Below, one piece after another: positions 49,069 through 59,571 of a DNA stretch of 64,000 nt (position 1 is the first letter of the stretch; each line of letters begins with the position of its first letter). The notes under the pieces are model-generated. The model made no database searches. It worked only from the letters and a program-made list of their open reading frames with translations, and was not told the origin of the DNA. This DNA is from Clostridia bacterium. GTDB lineage: Bacteria > Bacillota > Clostridia > TANB77 > CAG-508. The stretch spans positions 31,461-95,460 of the forward strand of contig JAFQQR010000027.1 of NCBI GenBank assembly GCA_017410505.1. The letters are read 5' to 3'. The position numbers and the translations under genes were made by a program.

Positions 49069-49081
49069 AGGAGATTTTATT

Positions 49082-50272
49082 ATGAAAAAAAACATCTTAG
49101 ACCTTAACAACTATGTTACTATTACTAAAAATAACAGTAACATTTATGAGCCTGCAGATATTGTGAATATTTGCAAACGGAGAAATAATCTCAAAAGAGA
49201 TTTTCTATTTGTAAATTCTTTACAAGGAAAACATCTTCATGTAGATCCATGCAAAATATTTGCACTATATGATGAATTAGTTAAATCAATTATCAAATCA
49301 ACAACTCAGAATGAAAAAGTCATTGTAGTTGGTTTTGCAGAAACTGCTACAGCAATAGGACATTACATTGCTAGTTCTCTATCAAATTGCATCTACTACA
49401 TGCAAACAACAAGAGAACAAATCCCTAATGCAACATCACTTCTTGAATTTAAAGAAGAACATTCTCATGCTATGGAACAGTTTTTATATGGAGATATTTC
49501 TGAGCTTACCAAATGCGACAAAATCATTTTTGTAGATGATGAGATTTCTACTGGTAATACAGTATTAAATTTTATTTCAGAAATCGAAAAAATTGGTATC
49601 CATGTAAAATATGGTGTAGCTTCACTTTTAAATTGGCAAAATGATGAATGGTCCGATAAGTTTGAGAAATTGAATATTGATACTTATTTTGTATTAAGAG
49701 GTAAATTGAAGGATTTGAATGTCAAAGTTCCAATTTCTGTTTCTGACGAAATGCATGTCTCTCCAAATATCATGGATTTTCCTAAAGTTCTTGTAGCAAG
49801 GAGCGATATTTCTAATTATTCTAAGGAAAGAATTGGCTCTAAGCCATATCCTCTTTCAGGATTTTCGGAAATTGTTTATTCTACAATAAGTTCTACATTA
49901 AATGACCATATGCCTATGGTAGGAGATGATGTATTAGTTTTAGGAACAGAAGAATATATGTTTACCCCGATGATTTTTGCAAAGGAATTGTGTGACAAAT
50001 TACATACTAATGTACAATTTCATGCAACTACAAGAAGTCCAATTGAAACAGCTGATAGGATTGATTATGCAATAAGAACTAGATATCCTATAACAAGTTG
50101 CTACGATTATACAAGAAAAACCTATATTTATAATCTTAGAAAATATGATAAAGTTTATATTATTACTGATGTCATTCCTAATTCTAATTTTATTATAGAT
50201 ATTTCTTCAGCTCTTGTTAATGCAGGATGTAAAATTCAAGACATAATTATTATAACAATGAAAGGATATTAA
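49082..50272 (+). CDS. Phosphoribosyltransferase-domain protein (Ter-associated PRTase)
   Basis: PRT motif IIFVDDEISTGNT. The start MKKNILDL has a GAGGAG RBS. Confidence 0.7.
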   Translation: MKKNILDLNNYVTITKNNSNIYEPADIVNICKRRNNLKRDFLFVNSLQGKHLHVDPCKIFALYDELVKSIIKSTTQNEKVIVVGFAETATAIGHYIASSLSNCIYYMQTTREQIPNATSLLEFKEEHSHAMEQFLYGDISELTKCDKIIFVDDEISTGNTVLNFISEIEKIGIHVKYGVASLLNWQNDEWSDKFEKLNIDTYFVLRGKLKDLNVKVPISVSDEMHVSPNIMDFPKVLVARSDISNYSKERIGSKPYPLSGFSEIVYSTISSTLNDHMPMVGDDVLVLGTEEYMFTPMIFAKELCDKLHTNVQFHATTRSPIETADRIDYAIRTRYPITSCYDYTRKTYIYNLRKYDKVYIITDVIPNSNFIIDISSALVNAGCKIQDIIIITMKGY

Positions 50273-50282
50273 GGTGATGTAT

Positions 50283-51377
50283 ATGAATTTAGTTAAAACC
50301 AGTTATCGGAGTGATGATGTAACCATACTTTTGAAAGATATCTCTGGTATTATTACTCCACTTTCGACAGAAGAAAGAGAAAAACTTAATCAAACAGGAG
50401 TACATTACTCAGAAATGTTACCATTAGAGTATAAACCTACTGAAAAGTACATGGAAATTTACAATGAGGCTTTACAAACACTTTCATATAAGACTGCAAA
50501 TGCTACAGCTATTCTTGCAAAAAAATTGTATGAAAAATATGGTAATAAGCTTGTACTTGTATCGCTTGCTCGTGCAGGTACTCCCATCGGAATACTTTTG
50601 AAAAGATTTATTCGATTCAAGTATAACATTGTAGTTCCTCACTATAGTATTTCTATTATTCGTGGCAAAGGCATTGATGTTAATGCTATAAATTATATTG
50701 TTGATCGACATGGTTCATACGGATTGCAGTTTGTTGATGGATGGATTGGAAAAGGTGCTATTAATGGAGTTCTCGTGGAAGCTTGTGAACTTTTGAAAAC
50801 TGAAAGTTTTAAATTTTCTTCACTTGATTCCACCCTTGCGGTTCTTTCCGATCCTGCTTTCATCACAGATTTGTGTGGAACTCATGAAGATTTCTTAATT
50901 CCTAGTGCTTGCCTTAATTCGACAGTTAGTGGACTAATTAGCAGAACTTTTTTAAGAAATGATATTATTGGTCCTAATGACTTTCATGGTGCAGTATATT
51001 ATGGTGAATTAGAACTTGAGGATAAATCTAACGAGTTTATTGATACTGTAAGTAATTATTTTGAAAAAATTAATTATGATTATTTTCAGGATAATTCTTC
51101 TATCATGCAGGATAGCAAAACCGGAATAGATGAAGTTAGAAACATTGCTAGGGACTTTGGAATACTTGATATTTCGAAAATTAAACCTGGCGTTGGCGAA
51201 ACAACAAGAGTTCTTCTTAGACGTGTTCCTTATTGTGTTCTTTTAAGAAACTTAGCAGATATGCAAAAGTTTCCTCATATTAAAAGACTTTGTGAAGAAA
51301 AAAATATTCCTATTAAGGAATATCCTTTGCAGATGTATAATGTATGTGGAATAATAAAAACTTTATCTGACATTTAA
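50283..51377 (+). CDS. Ter-cluster associated protein, cysteine protease StiP-like family (tentative)
   Basis: Conserved position between the PRTase and HAD genes in a Ter biosynthetic operon. ~365 aa. I cannot verify the family without a search. Confidence 0.45.
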   Translation: MNLVKTSYRSDDVTILLKDISGIITPLSTEEREKLNQTGVHYSEMLPLEYKPTEKYMEIYNEALQTLSYKTANATAILAKKLYEKYGNKLVLVSLARAGTPIGILLKRFIRFKYNIVVPHYSISIIRGKGIDVNAINYIVDRHGSYGLQFVDGWIGKGAINGVLVEACELLKTESFKFSSLDSTLAVLSDPAFITDLCGTHEDFLIPSACLNSTVSGLISRTFLRNDIIGPNDFHGAVYYGELELEDKSNEFIDTVSNYFEKINYDYFQDNSSIMQDSKTGIDEVRNIARDFGILDISKIKPGVGETTRVLLRRVPYCVLLRNLADMQKFPHIKRLCEEKNIPIKEYPLQMYNVCGIIKTLSDI

Positions 51378-51389
51378 AGAGGTGATTTA

Positions 51390-52145
51390 ATGATATTTGC
51401 AACAGACTTAGATAACACAATGATATTTTCACATAGATTGATAAGCGGTTATGAAGATAAAGTTTATTGTGTGGAATATTATAATGGAAAAGCTATTACT
51501 TACATGACTTATACAGCTATTGAGAAAATAAAAAATCTCATGAAGAAAATCCATGTAATTCCTATTACAACACGTTCTATTTCTCAATTTGAACGAATCG
51601 AAATTTTTTCATCAGCAACATATGCTGTTGTAGCTAATGGAGGAACAATATTGAAAAATGGCATTATTCATCCAGAATGGGAACAATACATTAATGGCAT
51701 CTTACACAAATATAATTTTGAAGATGTTATCAAAGTATTTTCTAATCTTCCTAATCTTACATTACAACCTAAAGTTGTGGATGGAAAATTTGTATTTGCA
51801 AAATCTGATGATATTAATTCATGCAAGCAGATTTTACAAAATAAATTAGATACAAAAATATGGCAATTATCGTTTCAGGGCGCAAAAATGTATGCTATTC
51901 CTATGGAAATTACCAAAGGAAATGCTTTAAAATTTATCAATGAAAAAATAATAAATGATAAGCAACCTGTAATTTCAGCAGGAGATAGTAATTTAGACTT
52001 ATCAATGTTGGAATATTCAGATTATAGTATTATTCCTTGGGGGTGCAATTTATCAAGCCCTAAATATCAAAACTTCATTGAATTAGGTAATAGTTTTCTA
52101 TCATCTGATGCAATATTAGATTTTGTTACTAACTTATCTGTTTAA
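51390..52145 (+). CDS. HAD-superfamily hydrolase (IIB-like), Ter-associated phosphatase
   Basis: N-terminal DxD motif IFATDLDNTM and C-terminal GDSNLD. Confidence 0.7.
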   Translation: MIFATDLDNTMIFSHRLISGYEDKVYCVEYYNGKAITYMTYTAIEKIKNLMKKIHVIPITTRSISQFERIEIFSSATYAVVANGGTILKNGIIHPEWEQYINGILHKYNFEDVIKVFSNLPNLTLQPKVVDGKFVFAKSDDINSCKQILQNKLDTKIWQLSFQGAKMYAIPMEITKGNALKFINEKIINDKQPVISAGDSNLDLSMLEYSDYSIIPWGCNLSSPKYQNFIELGNSFLSSDAILDFVTNLSV

Positions 52146-52206
52146 TGAATAAATTAAAAAACTCACACAAAGCATTTAAACATTGCTTTGTGTGAGTTTT
52201 TTATTA

Positions 52207-53292
52207 TTAATTCAAATTTGTGTATTTAACAATTGCTGCTTTAAGTTCGGCTTCATCTTTCTGAAGCTGCTTAGCTCCCTCTTCTCTTGATGCAATAGCT
52301 TGTTTTGCAATTTCATACGAACCACTTAAAGATTCAATCAGTTTCTGATTAACAACATTGACAGTTTCAATATCCAGCACTCCTCTTTCCACTGCCTGAG
52401 CTGTTTCCAGAGTAAGCTGTTTGTTTAGTTCTGCATTTTTCTTCATCATCTCATTTGTCGCATCCTTAACTGCATTAACAGCATTAAGGCTTCCTTGAAT
52501 AACCTGCATACCAAGGGCAGCTGCCATCTGATTTTTCCAAAGAGGAATTGATGTTACGATTGTAGTTTTGATGCTCTCAGAAAGTTCATCTGCACCTTTT
52601 TGGATATTTTTAATCTGGCCTGCCTGTTGAATTGCAATTGTACGAGTTAATTTCAGATCATAAAGTCTTCTTTCAAATCTAATAATGTCATCATTGAAAT
52701 CAGATGCATTCTGAATTTCCATTAAGTCCTCTGACATTTCTGCTTCTTTTTGCATGTTTTGAAGTTTTATCTTTTCATCCTTTAAGGCCTGCTCACCAGC
52801 ATAGATTACCATTGTGAGAAATTCATACATATTTTTGTTTTCTACATACATCATTTCAAAGTTTCTAGAAACTTGGCCTAATGCTAAATCCTTGTTCTGT
52901 AGCTCTTTAACAACTATATCTATATTATCTGCCACAGATTTATACTTGGTCTGTAAAGTCTGAATTTTAGATTTCTGCTTTCTAAAAAAAGCAAAGAATC
53001 TCACATTATCATCGTTTTCACATGCTACCTTATAACCATTGATATCGCCAATTACTTTTGTTAAAAGTTTACCAGCTTCTCCGACCTCTTTAGTTCCTAC
53101 ACCTTGTAAGATAGATTCGGAAAACTTGCTGAGATGTGCCTGTTCTTCTCTTCCATAAGCGATAACCTTTCCTTTATCATGAATATCAATAGAAGATTTT
53201 AGTTCTTCCACTTTCCGTGCGATTTCAGGTGTCATCTTCTGCTCATAAGTAGCAGGTAATGAGAGTTGTTGTTGCATTGTTAATTCTTCCAT
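52207..53292 (-). CDS. telA: Toxic anion resistance protein TelA/KlaA family
   Basis: 361 aa of coiled-coil TelA-like sequence (…IDIHDKGKVIAYGREEQ…), adjacent to two terD genes. Confidence 0.8.
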   Translation of the reverse strand: MEELTMQQQLSLPATYEQKMTPEIARKVEELKSSIDIHDKGKVIAYGREEQAHLSKFSESILQGVGTKEVGEAGKLLTKVIGDINGYKVACENDDNVRFFAFFRKQKSKIQTLQTKYKSVADNIDIVVKELQNKDLALGQVSRNFEMMYVENKNMYEFLTMVIYAGEQALKDEKIKLQNMQKEAEMSEDLMEIQNASDFNDDIIRFERRLYDLKLTRTIAIQQAGQIKNIQKGADELSESIKTTIVTSIPLWKNQMAAALGMQVIQGSLNAVNAVKDATNEMMKKNAELNKQLTLETAQAVERGVLDIETVNVVNQKLIESLSGSYEIAKQAIASREEGAKQLQKDEAELKAAIVKYTNLN

Positions 53293-53392
53293 GTTGTACT
53301 CCTCCTAACATTTTTTAGAAAAGCACCCCATTTGCACGACAAATGGGGTGTTGTTTTTGAGTTATCTAGCTATACCGCAATAATGCTATGCA

Positions 53393-53971
53393 TTATTCAA
53401 CATCAATGCCATACTCAATGCAAAGGTCTGCTAATTCCTTCGCATAACCTTCACCAACGGCCTTAAACTTCCACTCATCAGAAGACTTATAGATTTCTCC
53501 AAATACAACTGATGTCTGAATATCAAACTCTTCTGCAAGATCATATCTTTGCAATTCCTCATTGTTCTCCATGTTAACAATACGGATATAAGCATTGTCT
53601 ACTGCTCCAAAAGACTGATCTCTTTCTTTTGCATCGTAAATAGAAACTGTAATGACTATCTTTTCCACATTTTCTGGGATATTGGCAAAATTGATAAATG
53701 CTGTTTCATCATCACCTTCGCCAGCACCAGTGCGGTTATCTCCGGAATGTTTGACAGACTTCGCTGGATCTTCAAGATTGTGATAATAAATCATATGCTT
53801 ATCATCGATACAACGACCATTTTTATCACACATAAAGATAACGAGATCTAAGTCAAAATCTTTTCTTCCATCGTACCGGTTGATATCCCAACCAAGACCT
53901 AACATTGCTTCTTTTAATCCTGTGCCCTTAGTAAGATCTACACGCTGATTCTTTTTTAATGATACTGCCAT
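53393..53971 (-). CDS. terD: TerD family stress protein
   Basis: MAVSLKKNQRVDLTK...LGLGWD...DLDLVIFMCDKNGR...GDNRTGAGEGDDE is the TerD Ca-binding fold. Confidence 0.9.
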   Translation of the reverse strand: MAVSLKKNQRVDLTKGTGLKEAMLGLGWDINRYDGRKDFDLDLVIFMCDKNGRCIDDKHMIYYHNLEDPAKSVKHSGDNRTGAGEGDDETAFINFANIPENVEKIVITVSIYDAKERDQSFGAVDNAYIRIVNMENNEELQRYDLAEEFDIQTSVVFGEIYKSSDEWKFKAVGEGYAKELADLCIEYGIDVE

Positions 53972-54015
53972 AATTATTCCTCCTGTTTGATAAAATCTTT
54001 GTTTATTGTGTTCAG

Positions 54016-54582
54016 TTATCTACATTTAATTGCGACCATTTCTTTGATATCAGCCACTTTCACGCCTTCTCCAATTGCTTTGAATTTCCACTCGCCGTTA
54101 TAGCGATAGATATCAGCTACAAAAATACCGGTTGAGCCTTTGAAGTTACCATCGACATCATATCGAACCAACTCCTTATGGGAATCCATATCATCGGCAT
54201 GAACAAAACAATTTTTTACTTTACTAAAGTCCTGTTTTCTGCCGTAGGCAGAGTAGATGTTAATAATGATAGAAAGTTTCTGGATATTATTAGGAATTTT
54301 GTCCAGATTAATTTCAATTTGCTCATCATCACCATCTCCATCACCGGTGAGGTTATCACCCTGATGAATAATTGCACCAGAACTATGTTTCAGCTTGCCG
54401 TAATACACTACACTCTCTTTACGGTTGTTGTCATCAATACAAATAATACTTGCATCGATATCCATTTTTGAGCTAAAAGCAGATTTGACAGGGTCCCATC
54501 CTAAACCGATAAGAACCCGCTTCAAATTTGGCGCCTCTTTGCTAAGGCTTACTCCTTGATTCTTGCTTAATTTTACTGACAT
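54016..54582 (-). CDS. terD: TerD family stress protein (paralog)
   Basis: MSVKLSKNQGVSLSK...IGLGWD...DIDASIICIDDNNR...GDNLTGDGDGDDE. Confidence 0.9.
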   Translation of the reverse strand: MSVKLSKNQGVSLSKEAPNLKRVLIGLGWDPVKSAFSSKMDIDASIICIDDNNRKESVVYYGKLKHSSGAIIHQGDNLTGDGDGDDEQIEINLDKIPNNIQKLSIIINIYSAYGRKQDFSKVKNCFVHADDMDSHKELVRYDVDGNFKGSTGIFVADIYRYNGEWKFKAIGEGVKVADIKEMVAIKCR

Positions 54583-54820
54583 TTGCTTTACCTCCTTAAG
54601 TTGTTAAAAAAGTTTGACTGTTGCATATGGGGTAGCTAAAATTTTCTCATCAATAATGAGAATTTACTACTCCTTTCATTGTACACAATGAAAGTAATAA
54701 TACTAAAATAATGCGTACAGCGGATATATTACCATATTTTTTTAACAAAGTCAATGTTTTATGTAATCTTTTATAAAAATTTAAATGCTACATGGAAATC
54801 CATATAGCATTCTACTTAAT

Positions 54821-55930
54821 TCAGAAGTAATCTTTTCTGAATTTAAGATATGATACAAATTGTAACTTTTCAGGAATATTTCTTCTATCAATTCTAACGG
54901 TCATAAGGTTATCCTTGTATAAGCCACTTCTTTCTTGTAAATAAAACCAATTTTTTCTTCTAATTTCTATCTTTTCCCCTTTCACTAGTGTCGGTCCAAT
55001 AATTCTAACCATATAATCTGATGGAATTATAATTGAAATAACAGCATAGGTTTTTTTTGTTAAAACAATTTGTAAAATTCCTTTTAAATATTGTTCTAAG
55101 TCATTCATATTAACAATCTCAAAAGTTAAAGACTTCTCTTCATTTGGATTATATTCCCAGTCATTGTCAATAATACAGGTTCGCCTCATATAATTTAGCT
55201 GAAACCTTGTAACACTAGAAATATATACCCATACAGAATCTGTTGGAATTGTATTTTCAAATTCAAGTTTTAGAACTCTAATCTTATTTAATTTTTCGGA
55301 ACTTAGAACTTTATCATTCTTATCTGCATAGACTTGTTTGCAGAAGTTTCCAAAACGATAGCTTTCTATACTATCATTTTCATCAACTAATATTGCATTA
55401 TTATTTTTTGGAATTGGTATTTGAATATTAATATTCCAAGCCTGTCTATAACTTTCGATTCTATTTAGAATAATGTTATCTAATTCAGGTTTGGTATTAA
55501 CTTCACATAACCTCACTAGTATTGTAAATATCTTTGTTTGAACAGCTTCTAATTTAGCTTTTTCAATTTCATCATAAAAACTATAAACTGACTTTTTCCA
55601 AACTGACTGATACTCTCTTTCGTTTCCTTTAACTAAGTTAAGTATTTCATCAATCTGAGCAAGAGCTACTTGATCTTGTTTAATTTTTTTATTAATGAAA
55701 TTTATTTTGCTTTGACTCAATGTTGTTTGTAACAAGAAATCTGTTTGCATTTTGCAAATATCATTGTAATAATAACTTTGCAGTTCTGCAACAAAATTCA
55801 CTGCATCTTGCAACGTAGTTCCGGAAGTCTCTGGGGTATTGGTTTCTGCTGTATTAACTATCCGTTTTTCTTTCTTAGAATCAGCATTATCAAGTCCAAA
55901 GAACTTTGTAAAGAAATTTCCCTCAGCCAT
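54821..55930 (-). CDS. Hypothetical protein upstream of the terD genes
   Basis: 369-aa ORF with no motif. A MITE-family motif remnant lies ~110 nt upstream. Confidence 0.45.
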   Translation of the reverse strand: MAEGNFFTKFFGLDNADSKKEKRIVNTAETNTPETSGTTLQDAVNFVAELQSYYYNDICKMQTDFLLQTTLSQSKINFINKKIKQDQVALAQIDEILNLVKGNEREYQSVWKKSVYSFYDEIEKAKLEAVQTKIFTILVRLCEVNTKPELDNIILNRIESYRQAWNINIQIPIPKNNNAILVDENDSIESYRFGNFCKQVYADKNDKVLSSEKLNKIRVLKLEFENTIPTDSVWVYISSVTRFQLNYMRRTCIIDNDWEYNPNEEKSLTFEIVNMNDLEQYLKGILQIVLTKKTYAVISIIIPSDYMVRIIGPTLVKGEKIEIRRKNWFYLQERSGLYKDNLMTVRIDRRNIPEKLQFVSYLKFRKDYF

Positions 55931-56083
55931 ATTTCTATCACCCTTTCCTATAATGTTAATTTAGCTATTTTAATAAGCTGAATTGCTTTGTATATTTTAT
56001 CATGCTTTACATAAAAAGTAAAGTGTTTGTATAGATGAGTTGTAAAAAGTAGTTTCTGTCCAAAAAGAAATGTCCCTATTGAA

Positions 56084-56107
56084 CACAATATTAAAGGAGT
56101 AGGCATT
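56084..56107. terminator. Hairpin GGAGTAGGCAATGCCTACTCC with a flanking T-run (bidirectional)
   Basis: Read from the sequence. It lies directly 3' of the minus gene 56110-56481. Confidence 0.45.
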
Positions 56108-56109
56108 GC

Positions 56110-56481
56110 CTACTCCTCTTTTTTGCATTTTTCATTTAATTCTATTAGTCTTGCTTTATTTATATACCTCTTTCTCTTATCTTCTTCTGTAAGTTCCGGT
56201 GGCATATTTTTTCTTACTACAATTTCACCATTTATATATTTCTTATCATCCATTCTATACATCATGTTAGTTATTGGATCCCAGAAAAAGCTTTTTCCAT
56301 CTTTCTCTTTCTTAATTAGGTATATTTCACCTAAAATTTGATTTGCAGAAATATAAACTGAACTACCTAAGTTCTCTATTTTTCGTAGAAAAAGTTCACA
56401 TTTATATAAACTTTCTATACAATACTCTTCTTCCCGTAGTCCTTTTGTTGCTTGTAACTGTTTCATTTTAAATTCCTCCAT
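56110..56481 (-). CDS. Hypothetical protein
   Basis: 123-aa ORF. Confidence 0.4.
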   Translation of the reverse strand: MEEFKMKQLQATKGLREEEYCIESLYKCELFLRKIENLGSSVYISANQILGEIYLIKKEKDGKSFFWDPITNMMYRMDDKKYINGEIVVRKNMPPELTEEDKRKRYINKARLIELNEKCKKEE

Positions 56482-56606
56482 TAATTAAATGATTGCAATT
56501 AAAAATTGATTACGCTATATTATAACATATATTTGTAAACTATGCAAGTGATTTTTTTCATATTTATGTTACTATGCTTATTTTTAAAATTTACTTTTTG
56601 TATTTT

Positions 56607-56948
56607 TTAATTAGAAGCCCATCTAAGCATCTTAATATCATTATATTTTTTTAAAACTTGCTTATATTTTTCATATTCTTCTTCCCACAATTCTTGAGGT
56701 ATTTTATCAAAAGCTATAAATATTCTCTCTGCTTCTGATAAATAAATTATTTGCTCTTGTGGTGACATTTTTTGATATTGTTTAGCAAATCTATATAACT
56801 TATCTAACATTTGGTTTGCTTCTATAAAATCCCAAAAATCCTTTACCTTCATTCCTAATAATTTTATTTGCATTACTGAATATAATAATAATGCAAATAA
56901 TATAAATACTAATATGTATATAATTAATAATATTTCCATTTCTACCAC
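56607..56948 (-). CDS. Small membrane-anchored hypothetical protein
   Basis: 113 aa with an N-terminal TM segment. Confidence 0.4.
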   Translation of the reverse strand: MVEMEILLIIYILVFILFALLLYSVMQIKLLGMKVKDFWDFIEANQMLDKLYRFAKQYQKMSPQEQIIYLSEAERIFIAFDKIPQELWEEEYEKYKQVLKKYNDIKMLRWASN

Positions 56949-57007
56949 CTTTTGGTTCTTCTATTATACATCTAAATTATAACACATATAACATTTTTTT
57001 GCAATTT

Positions 57008-57580
57008 TTATATTGTCCCTTCCAATCTAACCTCATTCTCTATTATTGTCATAATAACTTGAACGGTCTTCTCCAACTCATCATTTTTTATAACATAATC
57101 ATACAAAGGTATTTTTGATTCTTCATATTGCAATCTACTTAATCTTAATTCCATCTCAGACTCGCTTAAATCATCGCCTCTATTAATAAGTCTATGTTTT
57201 AATTCTTCCTTATCAACTTTCAAAAATATAGTTACCAATTTTGTTTCATGTTTTAATGTTTTTATTAAATTTTCTGTTCCATTTACTTCAATGTCTTTTA
57301 CTATTATCTTTCCACTTTGTATTTTTTCATTCATTAATTTTCTAGATGTGCCATAATAATTTTCGTGATGTATATCATATTCATAAAATTCACCATTTTT
57401 TATTTTTTCCTTAAATTCTTCTTTTGTTATAAAGTGATATTGTACTCCTTCTTCTTCTCCTACTCTTGGGTTTCTAGAAGTAAAAGATGGAAGCGATATT
57501 ACATTTTCCATCCTTTTTATTAATTCTTTTTTTATTGTATCTTTTCCTGCTCCTGAAACGCCTGATAATATTACTAACAT
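57008..57580 (-). CDS. gmk: Guanylate kinase
   Basis: P-loop VILSGVSGAGKDT, TSRNPRVGEEEGVQYHF, YGT and YDYVIKND are the Gmk pattern. Confidence 0.8.
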   Translation of the reverse strand: MLVILSGVSGAGKDTIKKELIKRMENVISLPSFTSRNPRVGEEEGVQYHFITKEEFKEKIKNGEFYEYDIHHENYYGTSRKLMNEKIQSGKIIVKDIEVNGTENLIKTLKHETKLVTIFLKVDKEELKHRLINRGDDLSESEMELRLSRLQYEESKIPLYDYVIKNDELEKTVQVIMTIIENEVRLEGTI

Positions 57581-57609
57581 AAACTATTCCCCTTAATATC
57601 TATTTTTTA

Positions 57610-57846
57610 TTATTCTTCATCATTATTAGAATTTTCTTCTTTATCAGACTCTTCTTCTCTTACAATAGTAACTTTATCTTCTGCAATTTCATTTGCAGCT
57701 AATGTAACAGGTGAATCTTCCTTAACTTTTGTTAATACCTCATCTCCCATTGCTATTTGTCTAGCTCTTTTTGATGTAGCTATTACTAGCTCATATCTGT
57801 TTTTTGATTTTTTTAATAACTCTGTAACTGTTGGTTTTACTATCAT
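57610..57846 (-). CDS. rpoZ: DNA-directed RNA polymerase subunit omega
   Basis: VTELLKKSKNRYELVIATSKRARQIA is the RpoZ signature. 78 aa with an acidic tail. Confidence 0.8.
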   Translation of the reverse strand: MIVKPTVTELLKKSKNRYELVIATSKRARQIAMGDEVLTKVKEDSPVTLAANEIAEDKVTIVREEESDKEENSNNDEE

Positions 57847-57871
57847 TCTATTTTTACCTCCTTAAATTTAA

Positions 57872-58144
57872 TTATTCTTCATCTTGTAATTGTGTAACTG
57901 CAGCTGTTATGTCTTTGTCTAATCTTCCTGCAACCGTTTCTGGTTGTACTGCAGACAATATAATATGATCAGAATCTGTTATTATTACAGCTCTTGTTCT
58001 TCTTCCACATGTTGCATCAACTGCTGTTTTATTATCTTTTGCTTCTTGTACCATCCTTTTTATTGGTGCTGATTCTGGGCTTACTATAGCAACTATTCTT
58101 TCTGCTGAAACAATATTTCCAAATCCTATATTTACTAATTGCAT
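57872..58144 (-). CDS. remA: Extracellular matrix/biofilm regulator RemA (DUF370)
   Basis: [37 protein letters not shown]...[24 protein letters not shown]. Confidence 0.85.
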   Translation of the reverse strand: MQLVNIGFGNIVSAERIVAIVSPESAPIKRMVQEAKDNKTAVDATCGRRTRAVIITDSDHIILSAVQPETVAGRLDKDITAAVTQLQDEE

Positions 58145-58161
58145 ATAAATCTCAATCCTTT

Positions 58162-59043
58162 CTATTCTATATTTTGCACTTGTTCTCTAATATCTTCTAA
58201 TTCTGTTTTTATATCTATTACTCCATTTGTTATTTCTAGATTATTTGCTTTTGATCCTATTGTGTTTGTCTCTCTGTTCATTTCTTGTATTATAAAATCT
58301 AGTTTTTTTCCAATTGTTTCATTTTGGTTATCAGATAATAGATTTTTAAATTGATATATATGGCTATTTAATCTTGTAATTTCTTCTTCGATTGAACATT
58401 TATCTGCATATATTACAACTTCTTGGGCTAATCTTGATTTATCTATTTCTTCTGATTTTAGTATTTCCTTTATTCTTTTTTCTAATTTTACTACATATTC
58501 TTCAATAAGTCCAGTAGATTTTTCAGATATCTCTAGTATTTTATTTTCTATTTTTTCTATTCTTCTTAATAAATCTTGTGCTATTTTTTCGCCTTCTGCA
58601 TTCTTCATTTCTAATATTTTATCTATTGCATTATTGGTAGCCTGCAATATTTCATTTTTTATTTTTTCATCATTCTCATCTATTTTAATTGTTAAAATAT
58701 CTGGAAATTTTGCAATATCTATGACTTCTATATTACTTAATATTTCTTCTTCATTTGCTAATTCTTTTAATTGATTTATATACACTTTAGCAAGTTCTTT
58801 ATTAATTTTTATATTTCTTCCTTCTTGACTATTATTTTCAAATGTTATAAAAATATCTATTTTCCCTCTTTTTATTTTTTGAGATACTTGTTTTTTTATA
58901 TCTTCTTCTAAATAGCTTAATGTTTTTGGCATTTTTATATTTATGTCCAAATATCTATGGTTTACACTTTTTATTTCTACTTGGTACTCTCTACTTTCAG
59001 TACTTAAAAATCCTTTGCCATACCCTGTCATACTTCTAATCAT
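58162..59043 (-). CDS. yicC: YicC/YloC family endoribonuclease
   Basis: [11 protein letters not shown]...[17 protein letters not shown], with the DUF1732 C-terminus. Confidence 0.9.
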   Translation of the reverse strand: MIRSMTGYGKGFLSTESREYQVEIKSVNHRYLDINIKMPKTLSYLEEDIKKQVSQKIKRGKIDIFITFENNSQEGRNIKINKELAKVYINQLKELANEEEILSNIEVIDIAKFPDILTIKIDENDEKIKNEILQATNNAIDKILEMKNAEGEKIAQDLLRRIEKIENKILEISEKSTGLIEEYVVKLEKRIKEILKSEEIDKSRLAQEVVIYADKCSIEEEITRLNSHIYQFKNLLSDNQNETIGKKLDFIIQEMNRETNTIGSKANNLEITNGVIDIKTELEDIREQVQNIE

Positions 59044-59044
59044 T

Positions 59045-59560
59045 TTATTTTACCTCTTCTTTTTCTTTTTTCTTTTTCGTATCTTCTTCTTTTTCTTTTT
59101 TCTTTTTCGTAGCTTCTTTTTTTACCGGTTCTTCTTTCTTTACAATTTCTTTTATATCACTAAATTTTTCTACTTCCTCTTTTTTTCCTTTTGTATATAC
59201 AATTATACATTTTAATATAAAATATATTGCAAATATATTTGATGCTACTAATGTGTAAGTTTTAAAATTTAAATTAAATCTGTTTGTTATATGTTCAGTT
59301 GTTAGTGTATACATAGATAAAATCAATATTTCAATCCCTTGTATAGCTAATTTTCCATCCTCTTTTTTATATGCTCTTTCAAACATATATATTGCTATAA
59401 AAAGAAATATCATTGTACATAATTGTATTCCCTTTTCTAAATATACCATATTTACTTTTTCATATGCTACACTTAGTATAAAAAAATATAGTACAATTAT
59501 TATAGCTTTTAATACATTTAAATACATCTCTTTTAAATACTTTTCATCTAATCCTTTCAA
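59045..59560 (-). CDS. Membrane protein with a K/E-rich repetitive C-terminal tail, hypothetical
   Basis: 4 TM segments. The tail KKKKEKEEDTKKKKEKEEVK is encoded by a 30-bp tandem DNA repeat at 59046-59110. Confidence 0.45.
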   Translation of the reverse strand: MKGLDEKYLKEMYLNVLKAIIIVLYFFILSVAYEKVNMVYLEKGIQLCTMIFLFIAIYMFERAYKKEDGKLAIQGIEILILSMYTLTTEHITNRFNLNFKTYTLVASNIFAIYFILKCIIVYTKGKKEEVEKFSDIKEIVKKEEPVKKEATKKKKEKEEDTKKKKEKEEVK

Positions 59561-59571
59561 TTATCTTCCTC

